Below are positions 1 through 9,373 of a DNA stretch of 64,000 bases, one piece after another (positions within the stretch are counted from its first letter, which is position 1; each line of letters starts with the position of its first letter). The position numbers and the translations under genes were made by a program. Source of the DNA: a virus; the IMG/VR virus record IMGVR_UViG_3300037808_001516, positions 79,906 through 143,905 of that record; one strand, 5' to 3'. The notes beneath the pieces were generated by a model. It was not told the origin of the DNA and did not search any database. It worked only from the letters and a program-made list of their open reading frames with translations.

Positions 1-1
1 A

Positions 2-250
2 AGGTATTTGCACTTACGGTTTAAAGAATCACAGAACACATCCAGAACAATAACGGTGTGGGCTTGGTCTCATGCATTCGGAGCGTGGTCAGCTTTAACA
101 GACTTGACTGGAACGGCCGTAACTCTTACATGCGACGCCGAAACAAAATATAGAGTGTTTGAGATAAGCGGCGTCGACAGAGTTTATTTCCAGGCATCCG
201 GTGCACTACATGGCTCTGACGAACTTCACGCAGCAGGCTCAACGTTCTAG
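2..250 (+). CDS. 5'-truncated virion protein, paralogue of the C-terminal domain of the next gene
   Basis: Frame is open from base 2 (RYLHLRF...). RYLHL, AWSHA.G.WS.L and RVFEISGVDRVYF match the C-terminus of 260..1462. Confidence 0.7.
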   Translation, partial: RYLHLRFKESQNTSRTITVWAWSHAFGAWSALTDLTGTAVTLTCDAETKYRVFEISGVDRVYFQASGALHGSDELHAAGSTF

Positions 251-259
251 GAGAAACCA

Positions 260-1462
260 ATGTCTAAAAGAGTTAACTTAAAAGCAGTTCAGTTTTCTTC
301 GAATGGAGACACAATAGATATCGCAGACAGCGACAACTTATCTTTTACAGATGGTTCGGGCACAGACAAGCCTTTTTCTATATCTGCTTGGGTGTATGTC
401 GGAAATATCGCAACAGACTCAGGTGTAATAATTTCACGAAGAAATAGAGACGGCGCCGGCGTCCAAGACGGTGAGTGGATAATAGAACACGTCAACGGAA
501 AAATTAAAGCTTACTTGTATGCTGATAATGCTTATAACGAACAAGCAGGCTTCTCAACTTCGAACAGGTTAATATTTGAATCTTCTGCCGCAAACCTAAC
601 TTCTGCTACCTGGCACTTCATAACAGTTACATACGATGCAAGTCAAGCCACCACCGGACTTAAGGTATACAAAGATGGGACGGAGATCACTGCGAACAAA
701 ACTGTACAGAAGAACCTCTATGCCGGCATGCCCAATTATAATATCGTTACTACCATCGGCGGCACCGACAGCCCCGATACAAATACGTTTGAGGATAACA
801 TTGCTGACGTCGTTGTTTTTGATAAGGAACTTTCGCAAACTGAGATAACAGAAATATACAATGGCGGAAAAGTTAAAAACATGACAAAGGCCACCACATA
901 CAACAACATTATCTCTTGGTGGAAGATGGGCGACGACACCGATGCTCCAATCGCCAATGGAATAAAAGACTATGTGGGCTCGAACAACGGGACCATGGTC
1001 GGAGACTCTGTTATAGTCACTGTACCCGCACTGGATACAGACAGGATAGGTAATGACGGAGTTATGATACCATCAAGTTGGGGTCGCACCCGACAACCAA
1101 AGAACATCGCTGGCGACCACCAGGTATATGTTCATGGTGGCATCGCAGGAAACATGCCGACAACAGTACCAAGCGGAGTAGACGCAGGGTATGCGCTGGA
1201 AAACCAAAGATATCTACATCTTTACTGGAAGGCTGCATCCACAACTGCAGCAGTGACAGCCTGGACATACAGTCATGCCTCCGGCGATTGGTCAGAACTA
1301 TATGATACTGGTGGAACACAGGTGAAACTGTCAGTCTCAGGGGCCCCCGCAGATACCATGAGAATCTTTGAAGTGTCAGGTGTAGACAGGGTTTACTTTC
1401 GCCAATCCGGCACCGCACTCGCGGCAACTGATTTGTTTGCAGCAGCTGCCTCTAGCTTCTAG
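260..1462 (+). CDS. LamG/concanavalin A-like lectin domain virion protein
   Basis: FSISAWV, TWHFITVTYD, LKVYKDG, IADVVVFDKELSQTEITEIYN and SWWKMGD are LamG_3-type motifs; GGAG RBS. Confidence 0.8.
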   Translation: MSKRVNLKAVQFSSNGDTIDIADSDNLSFTDGSGTDKPFSISAWVYVGNIATDSGVIISRRNRDGAGVQDGEWIIEHVNGKIKAYLYADNAYNEQAGFSTSNRLIFESSAANLTSATWHFITVTYDASQATTGLKVYKDGTEITANKTVQKNLYAGMPNYNIVTTIGGTDSPDTNTFEDNIADVVVFDKELSQTEITEIYNGGKVKNMTKATTYNNIISWWKMGDDTDAPIANGIKDYVGSNNGTMVGDSVIVTVPALDTDRIGNDGVMIPSSWGRTRQPKNIAGDHQVYVHGGIAGNMPTTVPSGVDAGYALENQRYLHLYWKAASTTAAVTAWTYSHASGDWSELYDTGGTQVKLSVSGAPADTMRIFEVSGVDRVYFRQSGTALAATDLFAAAASSF

Positions 1463-1496
1463 CAGAAATTTTTCCTTCCCTTTAGAAACTGAAAAC

Positions 1497-1506
1497 ACTA
1501 TTTATT
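1497..1506 (+). promoter_or_regulatory. Putative late promoter box ACTATTTATT
   Basis: Same motif recurs upstream of many structural genes. Confidence 0.65.
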
Positions 1507-1561
1507 AAGAGGCGGACCAATCCGTCGTCCGTATAATATAATTTGTTAGGAGTCAAAAATA

Positions 1562-2758
1562 ATGTCAAACTTACTGGAAAGAGCAATCATCGATGCAAAA
1601 GCGTTGAAGGAAGTGGCGCTTAAAAACGCAGAACAGCTTGTAATAGAGAAATACTCTGTAGAAGTCAAAGAAGCGATGAGCCAGATCCTTGAAGATGAAT
1701 CTGCCGAAGCCATGGTCGACCTCTTCGGAGATGAACAGTCTGCAGAAGCAGGCATGCCCGAGTCTCCTGAAGGAGAAGAACTCGAAGATCCTATCACAAC
1801 TAGTGATATAGAATCTCAGATACCAGATGCATTCATGTCCGACGACGAAGAAATAATCCAAATCAAGTTGGACTCTCTCGATGATGAAATCGAAGACGAA
1901 GATGCTTTGTTTGGAGGAGACGACAAGCTGGATGACGATGAGATAGGTATCGACATCACAGACGACGAAGAGATGGACGCGGACCTTGATGCCTCTATCG
2001 AGCCTGACATCGACCTGGGATCTGATCTCGGCTCCGACATAGGCGCAGGCATGGACACTGCAGGATTGCAAGAAGTCATAGCTTCCGCTTTACAGGATAT
2101 TCTATCCGAGGAAGAAGAGGATGAGGAAGACCTTAACGAAGAGGACAAAGAAGAACTCGATGAGGAGATTGACCTAGATGAGCTTATGGAAAGAGTCAGA
2201 GTCGAAGGCACTCCACAAAAGTCTGGTTGGGCCGGAACACCAGAATCTATCATGAAAGAATACGAATCAATGCTGCTTGCTAGAGAGCAAGACAGCGAAG
2301 TAAAAGAAGAGAACGAGGAACTTCGAAAGAATGTTGCCGCTCTTCAAAAAGAAAACAAGACACTTACTTCTGCGGCACTCAAGCTGCAGGAGCAAAACAA
2401 AGATTTTACTACAGCATTTAACACATTGCAAGAAAAGTTAGAGACCATGAATGTTTCCAACGCAAAGTTGCTGTATATTAACCAGGCTCTAGAAAATGCC
2501 TCCTTGAATGAGCGACAAAAAAGAAAAATTGTCGAAGCCATTTCGAAAGCCGGAACAGTACAAGAAGCAAAGATTGTATTTGAAACTATGAACGACACAG
2601 TTGTTACTACTTCAGACGTGAGGAAAGAAACTACTTTAAGTGAAATGGTATCAAGAAAGTCTTCACTACTTGTCGCGGCTCGAAAAGAGCAACCAAAACA
2701 GGAAGCCAGCCCCTTATTCAATAGAATGCAAGCGCTGGCAGGAATAAAGACAAATTAA
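1562..2758 (+). CDS. Prohead core/scaffold protein (T4 gp22-like position)
   Basis: Very acidic with a coiled coil, many L-x-E sites, C-terminal RMQALAGI, immediately upstream of the MCP. Confidence 0.75.
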   Translation: MSNLLERAIIDAKALKEVALKNAEQLVIEKYSVEVKEAMSQILEDESAEAMVDLFGDEQSAEAGMPESPEGEELEDPITTSDIESQIPDAFMSDDEEIIQIKLDSLDDEIEDEDALFGGDDKLDDDEIGIDITDDEEMDADLDASIEPDIDLGSDLGSDIGAGMDTAGLQEVIASALQDILSEEEEDEEDLNEEDKEELDEEIDLDELMERVRVEGTPQKSGWAGTPESIMKEYESMLLAREQDSEVKEENEELRKNVAALQKENKTLTSAALKLQEQNKDFTTAFNTLQEKLETMNVSNAKLLYINQALENASLNERQKRKIVEAISKAGTVQEAKIVFETMNDTVVTTSDVRKETTLSEMVSRKSSLLVAARKEQPKQEASPLFNRMQALAGIKTN

Positions 2759-2794
2759 TTCTAATAATATTACAGAAAAGGAGGTGAATTTATA

Positions 2795-4576
2795 ATGTCT
2801 ATTTTACAAAAATTAACAGAAGGCGTACAGTCCCGCGATATGCAGGCCGAAGGTGCAGCTCTTCTTAACAAATGGGAAGCTACTGGCTTGCTTGAGGGTC
2901 TCAATGAGGGATCAGCAAAGCAAGGTATGGCAGTTCTTCTAGAAAACCAAGCAAAGGAGCTTCTCCGTGAGGCTTCTACAATGGGTGCAGGCGATGTCGA
3001 AGGCTTCGCAGCAGTTGCATTCCCAATCGTTCGTCGTGTATTCGGCGGGTTGATTGCAAATGATCTCGTATCGGTTCAGCCAATGAGCTTGCCGTCCGGT
3101 CTCATTTTCTTTCTTGATTTCACACATAACAATTCTAAGGGTGGAGCCATCGGTGGCGATTCTATCTATGGCGGTAATGTGGTTGGTCGTCAGTTGACTG
3201 GCGGTGTTAATCTTGCAGATCCAGCCGGCTACGGCAACAACGTCGGTAAGGGTGGTCACTATGACTTCGGTCATGCACACTCATCACCAACTGGTTCTGC
3301 AACTTCAACAGCTACTCGTAGTACTGCTACCGGCGTCGGTTTTACTAGCAAGACCATCGCGAGCCTGGTTGAGGCTGATCTTAAGCTTATCGATTATGAC
3401 GTAGATATCACGGAATTAGGCAACAGCGACTCTGATGCAGAAATTACAGTTCAGGTGATTACGGACGCTGCTGAGTTAACCGCGCTTAAAGCAGCAAATA
3501 TCGACCTAGAAAATCTTTCTGGCCTACAAATCGCGGCCGCTCAACTTGATACCCCTGAAAGAATGGTTCGTAGGTTAACCAAAGCAATACACAACGCAGC
3601 AGGTGAACTTACTGGTATCCGAATCGTCCTCATCGACGAATCAGGCGCTGTCACAACCGTCGCTACCGATAATGTGGATTTCACATTCCCAGTTGTTGAC
3701 GAGTTCACAAATGGTGTAGCTGCAGGTTCAGTTGTTGGTGGTGCACCATTCGGTCTTGAAGGTTCCGACAATAATGGCGGCGACTTTGATGGTGTTGGTC
3801 GCGACATAATGTCCGAGATCGACATCAAGGTTGACAGCATCGCTGTTACCGCACAGACCAAGAAGTTGAAGGCCAAGTGGTCTCCAGAGCTTGGTCAGGA
3901 CCTCAACGCATACCACAACTTGGATGCAGAGGTTGAGTTGACTGGCATTCTTTCAGAGCAGATTGCTTTGGAAATTGACCGTGAGCTTCTTAGTGAGCTT
4001 GTTAACGGTGCAACCGCCGGTACTCGATACTGGAGCCGCGCTCCAGGTTTGTTTGTTAACTCTCTCGGCCAAGAAGTCGGTGCTAACACAGCTGCTCCAG
4101 ACTTCACCGGTACAGTTAGCGAGTGGTACGAGACGCTCATTGAGACAATCAATGATGTAAGCGCTCAGATCCACAGAAAGACGCTTCGTGGCGGTGCAAA
4201 CTTTGTTGTTTGCTCTCCAGAGGTTGCTAACATCCTTGAGTTCACCAGTGGTTTCCGCGCAAGCGTAACTGCTGACCAGGACAGAGGCACAATCGGCGCC
4301 GTCCGCGCTGGTAGCTTGAGCAAGAAGTTCGACGTTTACGTTGATCCTTACTTCTTGCGAAACGTGATCCTCGTTGGTCGTAAGGGTAGCTCGTTCCTTG
4401 AGAGCGGGTTTGTATATGCGCCTTACGTACCACTCCAGGTAACACCAACCATCTTCGGTACGGAAGACTTCATACCGCGTAAGGGTGTAATGACCCGCTA
4501 CGCGAAGAAGATGGTACGACCTGACATGTACGGTCTTGTTGTTGTTCAGGATCTACTTGGTAAAGAAGGTAGATAA
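2795..4576 (+). CDS. Major capsid protein, T4 gp23-like
   Basis: FPIVRRVFGGLIANDLVSVQPMSLPSGLIFFL, KLKAKWSPELGQDLNAYH, EIDRE, YAPYVPL, PRKGVMTRY; GGAGG RBS. Confidence 0.96.
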   Translation: MSILQKLTEGVQSRDMQAEGAALLNKWEATGLLEGLNEGSAKQGMAVLLENQAKELLREASTMGAGDVEGFAAVAFPIVRRVFGGLIANDLVSVQPMSLPSGLIFFLDFTHNNSKGGAIGGDSIYGGNVVGRQLTGGVNLADPAGYGNNVGKGGHYDFGHAHSSPTGSATSTATRSTATGVGFTSKTIASLVEADLKLIDYDVDITELGNSDSDAEITVQVITDAAELTALKAANIDLENLSGLQIAAAQLDTPERMVRRLTKAIHNAAGELTGIRIVLIDESGAVTTVATDNVDFTFPVVDEFTNGVAAGSVVGGAPFGLEGSDNNGGDFDGVGRDIMSEIDIKVDSIAVTAQTKKLKAKWSPELGQDLNAYHNLDAEVELTGILSEQIALEIDRELLSELVNGATAGTRYWSRAPGLFVNSLGQEVGANTAAPDFTGTVSEWYETLIETINDVSAQIHRKTLRGGANFVVCSPEVANILEFTSGFRASVTADQDRGTIGAVRAGSLSKKFDVYVDPYFLRNVILVGRKGSSFLESGFVYAPYVPLQVTPTIFGTEDFIPRKGVMTRYAKKMVRPDMYGLVVVQDLLGKEGR

Positions 4577-4602
4577 TACAGCTACAAGCTAGCACAAAAG
4601 CT

Positions 4603-4635
4603 AAGCCCAGTCTTCGGACTGGGCTTTTCTTTTTC
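4603..4635 (+). terminator. Rho-independent terminator with a cUUCGg tetraloop
   Basis: AAGCCCAGTC-TTCG-GACTGGGCTT followed by a T-rich run after the MCP. Confidence 0.92.
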
Positions 4636-4652
4636 TATTGATTAAACCATGT

Positions 4653-4662
4653 ACTATTTATA
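4653..4662 (+). promoter_or_regulatory. Putative late promoter box ACTATTTATA
   Basis: Recurrent motif, directly after the terminator and before the 4694 RBS. Confidence 0.65.
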
Positions 4663-4693
4663 TTGATAACCTTAAAACAGGAGGACCCCAAAA

Positions 4694-5590
4694 ATGGGCA
4701 AGAAAAGAAGATATTTGACCAATCCCAAGAAGTTTGGCAAAAAGCATTTTGAAATTTTAGACAACATGGACGGCACTGATGACAATATTATTTCATCGGA
4801 CAACGCCGTACTAGCTATAAGAACACTAGGACTCGTAGCAAACAATGACAGGACAATCTCTCTTACAACAGAGTTGTTCGGTTCAGGTTCAGACACAGAG
4901 TTCTTAAGGTACAAGTTCCCTGTTACTGGTGGCGTAGCAGTTCTCGCCGACATTATTGGTAGCGAGACTTGTGAGAGAAAAGTTACTTCCACTGGATATC
5001 AGTTCACGGCTTCATTGCCGGCTAACGCTAGCGTGGCAGGCCCACTGAGAGACGCCTCCGGAAATATCTTTGTCTTGCCCACAGGTAAGACAGATGTGTT
5101 GGCTGCCATAGGAACTAACTTTCCAGACAACATATCAACCCCAGCAAATGCAACGACTTTCTTGCAAGAGTCGGTAACAGTTAGCACGGCCCCAATCGGC
5201 GTAACCAGTACACTCTTGGATACCTCTCTTAGTAGCACCGGCGCACTAACAATGAGTTGTACTGCTGGATTAGTTGGAACAGGTCCACAACACGGTTCTG
5301 GTTCTGGAGTTGGATCGTCTCAGGTTTACTCTATCGCTAGCGCCGTCGGTCATGGTTTCCACGTCGCCTTATCTGGCAACTTGACAGGGTCCTTGACTTT
5401 GAGCCAGCATAGCGGTTTTGCAACGACGCCAAACTACCATGGAAGCTCATCGGTTGTTCTTTTGGCTTCCGCATCAGTTGCTGCACTTGCTGCACAGACA
5501 CTTACTGTCACATTCACTCCACTGGATGTAAACGGAGCACAATCAACAAGCGAAGCGGTATCGACAACGATGACCGTACCATTCACATAA
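4694..5590 (+). CDS. Hypothetical virion protein (basic N-terminus, beta-rich S/T/G body)
   Basis: GGAGG RBS; position in head module. Confidence 0.6.
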   Translation: MGKKRRYLTNPKKFGKKHFEILDNMDGTDDNIISSDNAVLAIRTLGLVANNDRTISLTTELFGSGSDTEFLRYKFPVTGGVAVLADIIGSETCERKVTSTGYQFTASLPANASVAGPLRDASGNIFVLPTGKTDVLAAIGTNFPDNISTPANATTFLQESVTVSTAPIGVTSTLLDTSLSSTGALTMSCTAGLVGTGPQHGSGSGVGSSQVYSIASAVGHGFHVALSGNLTGSLTLSQHSGFATTPNYHGSSSVVLLASASVAALAAQTLTVTFTPLDVNGAQSTSEAVSTTMTVPFT

Positions 5591-5606
5591 TACGAAAGGA
5601 TAAGTA

Positions 5607-5999
5607 ATGGGTAAAAAGAAGAAGATTCTTCTCAAGTACAAGAAACTTGGCATAATAAGCAAGAAGTGGGAAAAGAAATTTGCTCACTTCTTGCAGGCCA
5701 ACATCGACACATTCACTGCAAAAGTTGAAGAGACATTGGAAAAGGTTGATCAAGTTCTTGAATCAACGCAAGTTGTTATCGATTCTACAAAAGAAGTCGA
5801 ACCAACTGAGCCTGTAGAAGTGGTCGTGGAAGAGAAGCCTAAAACTACAAGAAAAAGAAAGTCGCCTACAAAGAAGACTGCTACTACTGCAGATAAGAAG
5901 ACGACACCAGCCAAGAAGAAGCCAACTGGTTCAACTGAAAAGAAAACCACCACTACAACTCGTAGAAGGCGAACCACCAAAACTAAAACAGAAGCCTAG
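5607..5999 (+). CDS. Lys/Thr-rich basic protein with a histone H1-like tail
   Basis: KKTATTADKKTTPAKKK...RRRRTTK. Confidence 0.6.
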   Translation: MGKKKKILLKYKKLGIISKKWEKKFAHFLQANIDTFTAKVEETLEKVDQVLESTQVVIDSTKEVEPTEPVEVVVEEKPKTTRKRKSPTKKTATTADKKTTPAKKKPTGSTEKKTTTTTRRRRTTKTKTEA

Positions 6000-6060
6000 G
6001 TGAAATGGCCGCCTGGACAACTAGTTATAATGATAAACTATAACTTGTGAGGATCTGTAA

Positions 6061-7320
6061 ATGTCTCTACCAACTCTAACTCCAGCGAGCGCTCTTTCGG
6101 CCGTTGTACTTCCTGTTACTGGTGCAACCAACAAGGTAAACACCGCGGTACCATACAAGATTTACTCTGATGAAACATCGCCGCTTTACTCTTCTGAGTT
6201 TATTTCAGGCGCAGTGGATCAGGTATCTTATGTGTATAAGAAACTTGGAGGAGATGTACTAGACCTGGAGATAACAGAGGGAAATGTTTACGCTGCTTAC
6301 GAAGAAGCTGTTCTGGAATATTCATACTTAATAAACGTCCACCAAGCAACAAACATTCTATCGGATACTCTAGGGAACACTACAGGATCGTTTGATTCAA
6401 AGGGCAACATAGAGTCAGGCTCATTGTCGTCTTCGTTGGGAGGCGAACATGTAGCGCTTAAGTACCCCAAATTCGAATATAGCATGACCCGTCGCATCGC
6501 TGATGGTGTAGGTGCAGAAGTGGGAGTTAATGGCTCGGTCCAATACTCAGCTTCTTTCGATGTTACTTTTGGTATTCAAGATTATAACCTTCAAGATATT
6601 ATAAGTTCTTCTGAAGAATACTCCGGATCAGTTGGGAACAAGACAGTGCTTATTAAGAAGGTCTTCTATAAGACCCCTCACGCCATGTGGAGATTTTTTG
6701 GTTATTACGGTGGACTGAACGTCGTGGGCAACATGCAGAGTTATGGTCAATTTTCAGACGACTCAACCTTTCAACTGATTCCGACCTGGCAAAACAAGTC
6801 TCAAGCGCTGGCTTTCGAAGATGCAATATATACTAGAATGTCTCATTTTTCATATGAACTGAGAAATAACAACTTAAGGCTAAGCCCTATACCATACACT
6901 GGCGGCCCAACAAAGATGTGGGTTGAGTTCTCTATACCAACGGACGTTTGGGACAACGACGACACCGCAACTGACGGTATAAACAACATGAACACGTTGC
7001 CGATCGGAAATCTTCCGTTTAAGAACATAAATTCAATAGGTAAGCAGTGGATCAGAAGGTTTGCCTTGGCACTATGTAAAGAGACTTTAGGGCAGGTAAG
7101 ATCTAAGTTTGGAAATGTTCCAATACCAGGTCAGCAGGTCAGCTTGAACGGTACCGCACTGGTCAGTGAAGCAAAAACAGAGCAGAATGCTCTGCGAGAC
7201 GAGCTAAAAACTACGCTAGCTGAACTTACATATGCTAAATTAGCCGAAGCTGATGCGAATATGCTTGAAAGTACTGAGAAAGTTTTGGATAAGGTTCCAA
7301 ACTATATTTTTGTGGGGTAA
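6061..7320 (+). CDS. Neck/head-tail adaptor (T4 gp13-like)
   Basis: KKLGGDVLDLEIT, WIRRFALALCKETLGQVRSKF..IPG..VSLNG, C-terminal IFVG. Confidence 0.8.
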   Translation: MSLPTLTPASALSAVVLPVTGATNKVNTAVPYKIYSDETSPLYSSEFISGAVDQVSYVYKKLGGDVLDLEITEGNVYAAYEEAVLEYSYLINVHQATNILSDTLGNTTGSFDSKGNIESGSLSSSLGGEHVALKYPKFEYSMTRRIADGVGAEVGVNGSVQYSASFDVTFGIQDYNLQDIISSSEEYSGSVGNKTVLIKKVFYKTPHAMWRFFGYYGGLNVVGNMQSYGQFSDDSTFQLIPTWQNKSQALAFEDAIYTRMSHFSYELRNNNLRLSPIPYTGGPTKMWVEFSIPTDVWDNDDTATDGINNMNTLPIGNLPFKNINSIGKQWIRRFALALCKETLGQVRSKFGNVPIPGQQVSLNGTALVSEAKTEQNALRDELKTTLAELTYAKLAEADANMLESTEKVLDKVPNYIFVG

Positions 7321-7325
7321 TGTAA

Positions 7326-7814
7326 ATGTCTGAAGATAACAAATGGTCACAACCAGCATCACCGCCGCCGCCCTTGTTTACGGGAAAGAAGGAAAAAGAC
7401 CTTGTAAAGCAAGTCAACGATGAAATCATCGAAAGAGTTGTTGGGCAGACAATAGCATACTACCCAGTAAGCTTGGAGCATACAAATTTTCACGAAATCT
7501 ATGGAGAAGCCATACAAAAGTCTTTTTTAAACCCAATAAGAGTCTATGCGATGGTCTCTTATGTGTCAGAGACAACCACGACCACTCCGCTTGGCGTAGA
7601 CAGGGTTGAAAGAATAAAGGTATCGTTTCACAAAAGAAGATTAACAGAAGATCAGGACCTCTTTGTCAGAGAAGGGGACTTTGTACAGTACGGTGATAAC
7701 TTTTATGAAATATTGACACTCTCTGAACCGATTTGGCTTTACGGACAAGTAGAATCGAAGTTCGAAATAACCGCAGAGTGCGTCAGAGCTAGAGAGGGTT
7801 TATTTAATGTCTGA
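7326..7814 (+). CDS. Head closure/neck protein (T4 gp14-like)
   Basis: IYGEA, VREGDFVQYG..FYEI; synteny. Confidence 0.7.
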   Translation: MSEDNKWSQPASPPPPLFTGKKEKDLVKQVNDEIIERVVGQTIAYYPVSLEHTNFHEIYGEAIQKSFLNPIRVYAMVSYVSETTTTTPLGVDRVERIKVSFHKRRLTEDQDLFVREGDFVQYGDNFYEILTLSEPIWLYGQVESKFEITAECVRAREGLFNV

Positions 7815-8625
7815 AATTACCAACGATGTGAAAAAAGTCTACTTTGACCCATCAACTATTGAAACTATTGACAAATCTGTGTTAAACTTTATTAAAGGAT
7901 TGAATCTTTTCTCGAATACTAATGAAGGGTGGAGAGAGGTTCCAGTGGTGTGGGGAACTTCAGAGAGAGCATTCCTGGTAAAGAACAGCAAGGACATAAG
8001 AGACCAGCAAGGGATCCTAAAGTTGCCAATAATATCGGTATATAGAAGCTCCATAGTGAAAGACATGTCGAGTAAAGGAGTATTCCAGGGCAATGTGCCT
8101 GGCAACAACGACGAACAAGGAGGAAGCCTTGTTGTGTCGAGAGTCATAAACCAAGATAAAACAAAGAACTTTGCAAACGCAGACGCAAAGAGACTCTATA
8201 AGCAGGAGAACTATCCTTACGATAATCAGAAGATTGTATACAAAACAGTCAGTGCACCAATGCCTGTAAATGTAACAGTATCATATGAAATTACGATAAG
8301 AACAGAATATCAGCAACAAATGAACGAATTAATGTTGCCTTTTATCACAAAACCTGGTACTATAAACTATGTAAATTTACAAGAAAGCGAACACAGATTT
8401 GAAGGATTCGTAGACGGAAACTTTAATGACCAAGGAAACTTGCAGAACTTCTCTTCTGATGAGAGAAGGTTTGAGACCAAGATATCATTAAGAGTTGTCG
8501 GGTATTTAGTCGGTGAAGACAAAAATGGAGAAAGACCACACTACTCGATCCGAGAAAATTTTGTAGAAGTAAAGATGCCAAAAGAAAGAATTATAATAGA
8601 TCCCGATGAGTGGGACAAGACATAA
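7807..8625 (+). CDS. Tail terminator/sheath stabiliser (T4 gp15-like)
   Basis: VPVVWG.SER, LPIIS, PMPVNVTVSYEITIRT...QMNEL; synteny. Confidence 0.7.
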   Translation: MSEITNDVKKVYFDPSTIETIDKSVLNFIKGLNLFSNTNEGWREVPVVWGTSERAFLVKNSKDIRDQQGILKLPIISVYRSSIVKDMSSKGVFQGNVPGNNDEQGGSLVVSRVINQDKTKNFANADAKRLYKQENYPYDNQKIVYKTVSAPMPVNVTVSYEITIRTEYQQQMNELMLPFITKPGTINYVNLQESEHRFEGFVDGNFNDQGNLQNFSSDERRFETKISLRVVGYLVGEDKNGERPHYSIRENFVEVKMPKERIIIDPDEWDKT

Positions 8626-8649
8626 ATCAAAAAAGAAAGGATACTTAAT

Positions 8650-8970
8650 ATGTCAGAAGAAAACAACAAAGAGCAAGAAAACGCGCCACAATCACAGGAG
8701 GTCGTAGAGATCGAATGGGAGGAAGTCAAGGAACTTGTCAGTGTCAGAGCAGCACTAAGCCAAACAGAGAACGAACTAGCACGGTTTATGCTACAGGCTG
8801 AGAGAAGAAAGAACATGCTGGTGGCAAAAGTAGAGCAACTCGAAGCTGGCCTCTATCAGTTGGGTTCAGAGCTTAGAAGTCAGAAAGAGATTGATGACTC
8901 ATTTACTTACGAGTTAAAATTACCATCCCAGATTGGGGAAAAGGGCTATTTTCTCCGGAAAGATTCATAA
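8650..8970 (+). CDS. Hypothetical coiled-coil protein
   Basis: ORF with AAGGA RBS. Confidence 0.6.
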   Translation: MSEENNKEQENAPQSQEVVEIEWEEVKELVSVRAALSQTENELARFMLQAERRKNMLVAKVEQLEAGLYQLGSELRSQKEIDDSFTYELKLPSQIGEKGYFLRKDS

Positions 8971-9031
8971 ACACCACCACAGCAGACTACTTAGGTTATA
9001 ACCGCAAGTTCAACATAACAAGGAGAGAGCG

Positions 9032-9244
9032 ATGTATACAACTAGCGACATAGGCATAGCAGCTTATCTGCAACTAAGGAAGTTTAAGCTTACGGAGTGT
9101 AGGAGATTGGACTCTGGGAAGTTTCATTTTGTCTTTGAAGACCCTAATAATCAATGCTCGGTAATTGCACTTGAGTTTCTAGATTCTGACTTTTGCAGAT
9201 TTGATAACAACGTTAGAAACTTAAAGAAAATTCTCTTCTCTTAG
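9032..9244 (+). CDS. Small protein, DUF5659-like
   Basis: YTTSDIGIAAYL...FHFVF pattern; AAGGAG RBS. Confidence 0.55.
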   Translation: MYTTSDIGIAAYLQLRKFKLTECRRLDSGKFHFVFEDPNNQCSVIALEFLDSDFCRFDNNVRNLKKILFS

Positions 9245-9373
9245 TGTAATCGGAAACTATTTATAAGCAGACGTTCGTTAGCTTCATTTAAATAACATTC
9301 CCTCATATTTAATACTCTTATATTTTATAAAATAATATTATTTTTTATATAACATATATAGGAGGAAAAATAT

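Noticed and set aside
9245-9373. AT-rich intergenic stretch as a replication origin or ncRNA
   Set aside because: Explained by the late box and an AT-rich leader; no iterons or stable structure seen
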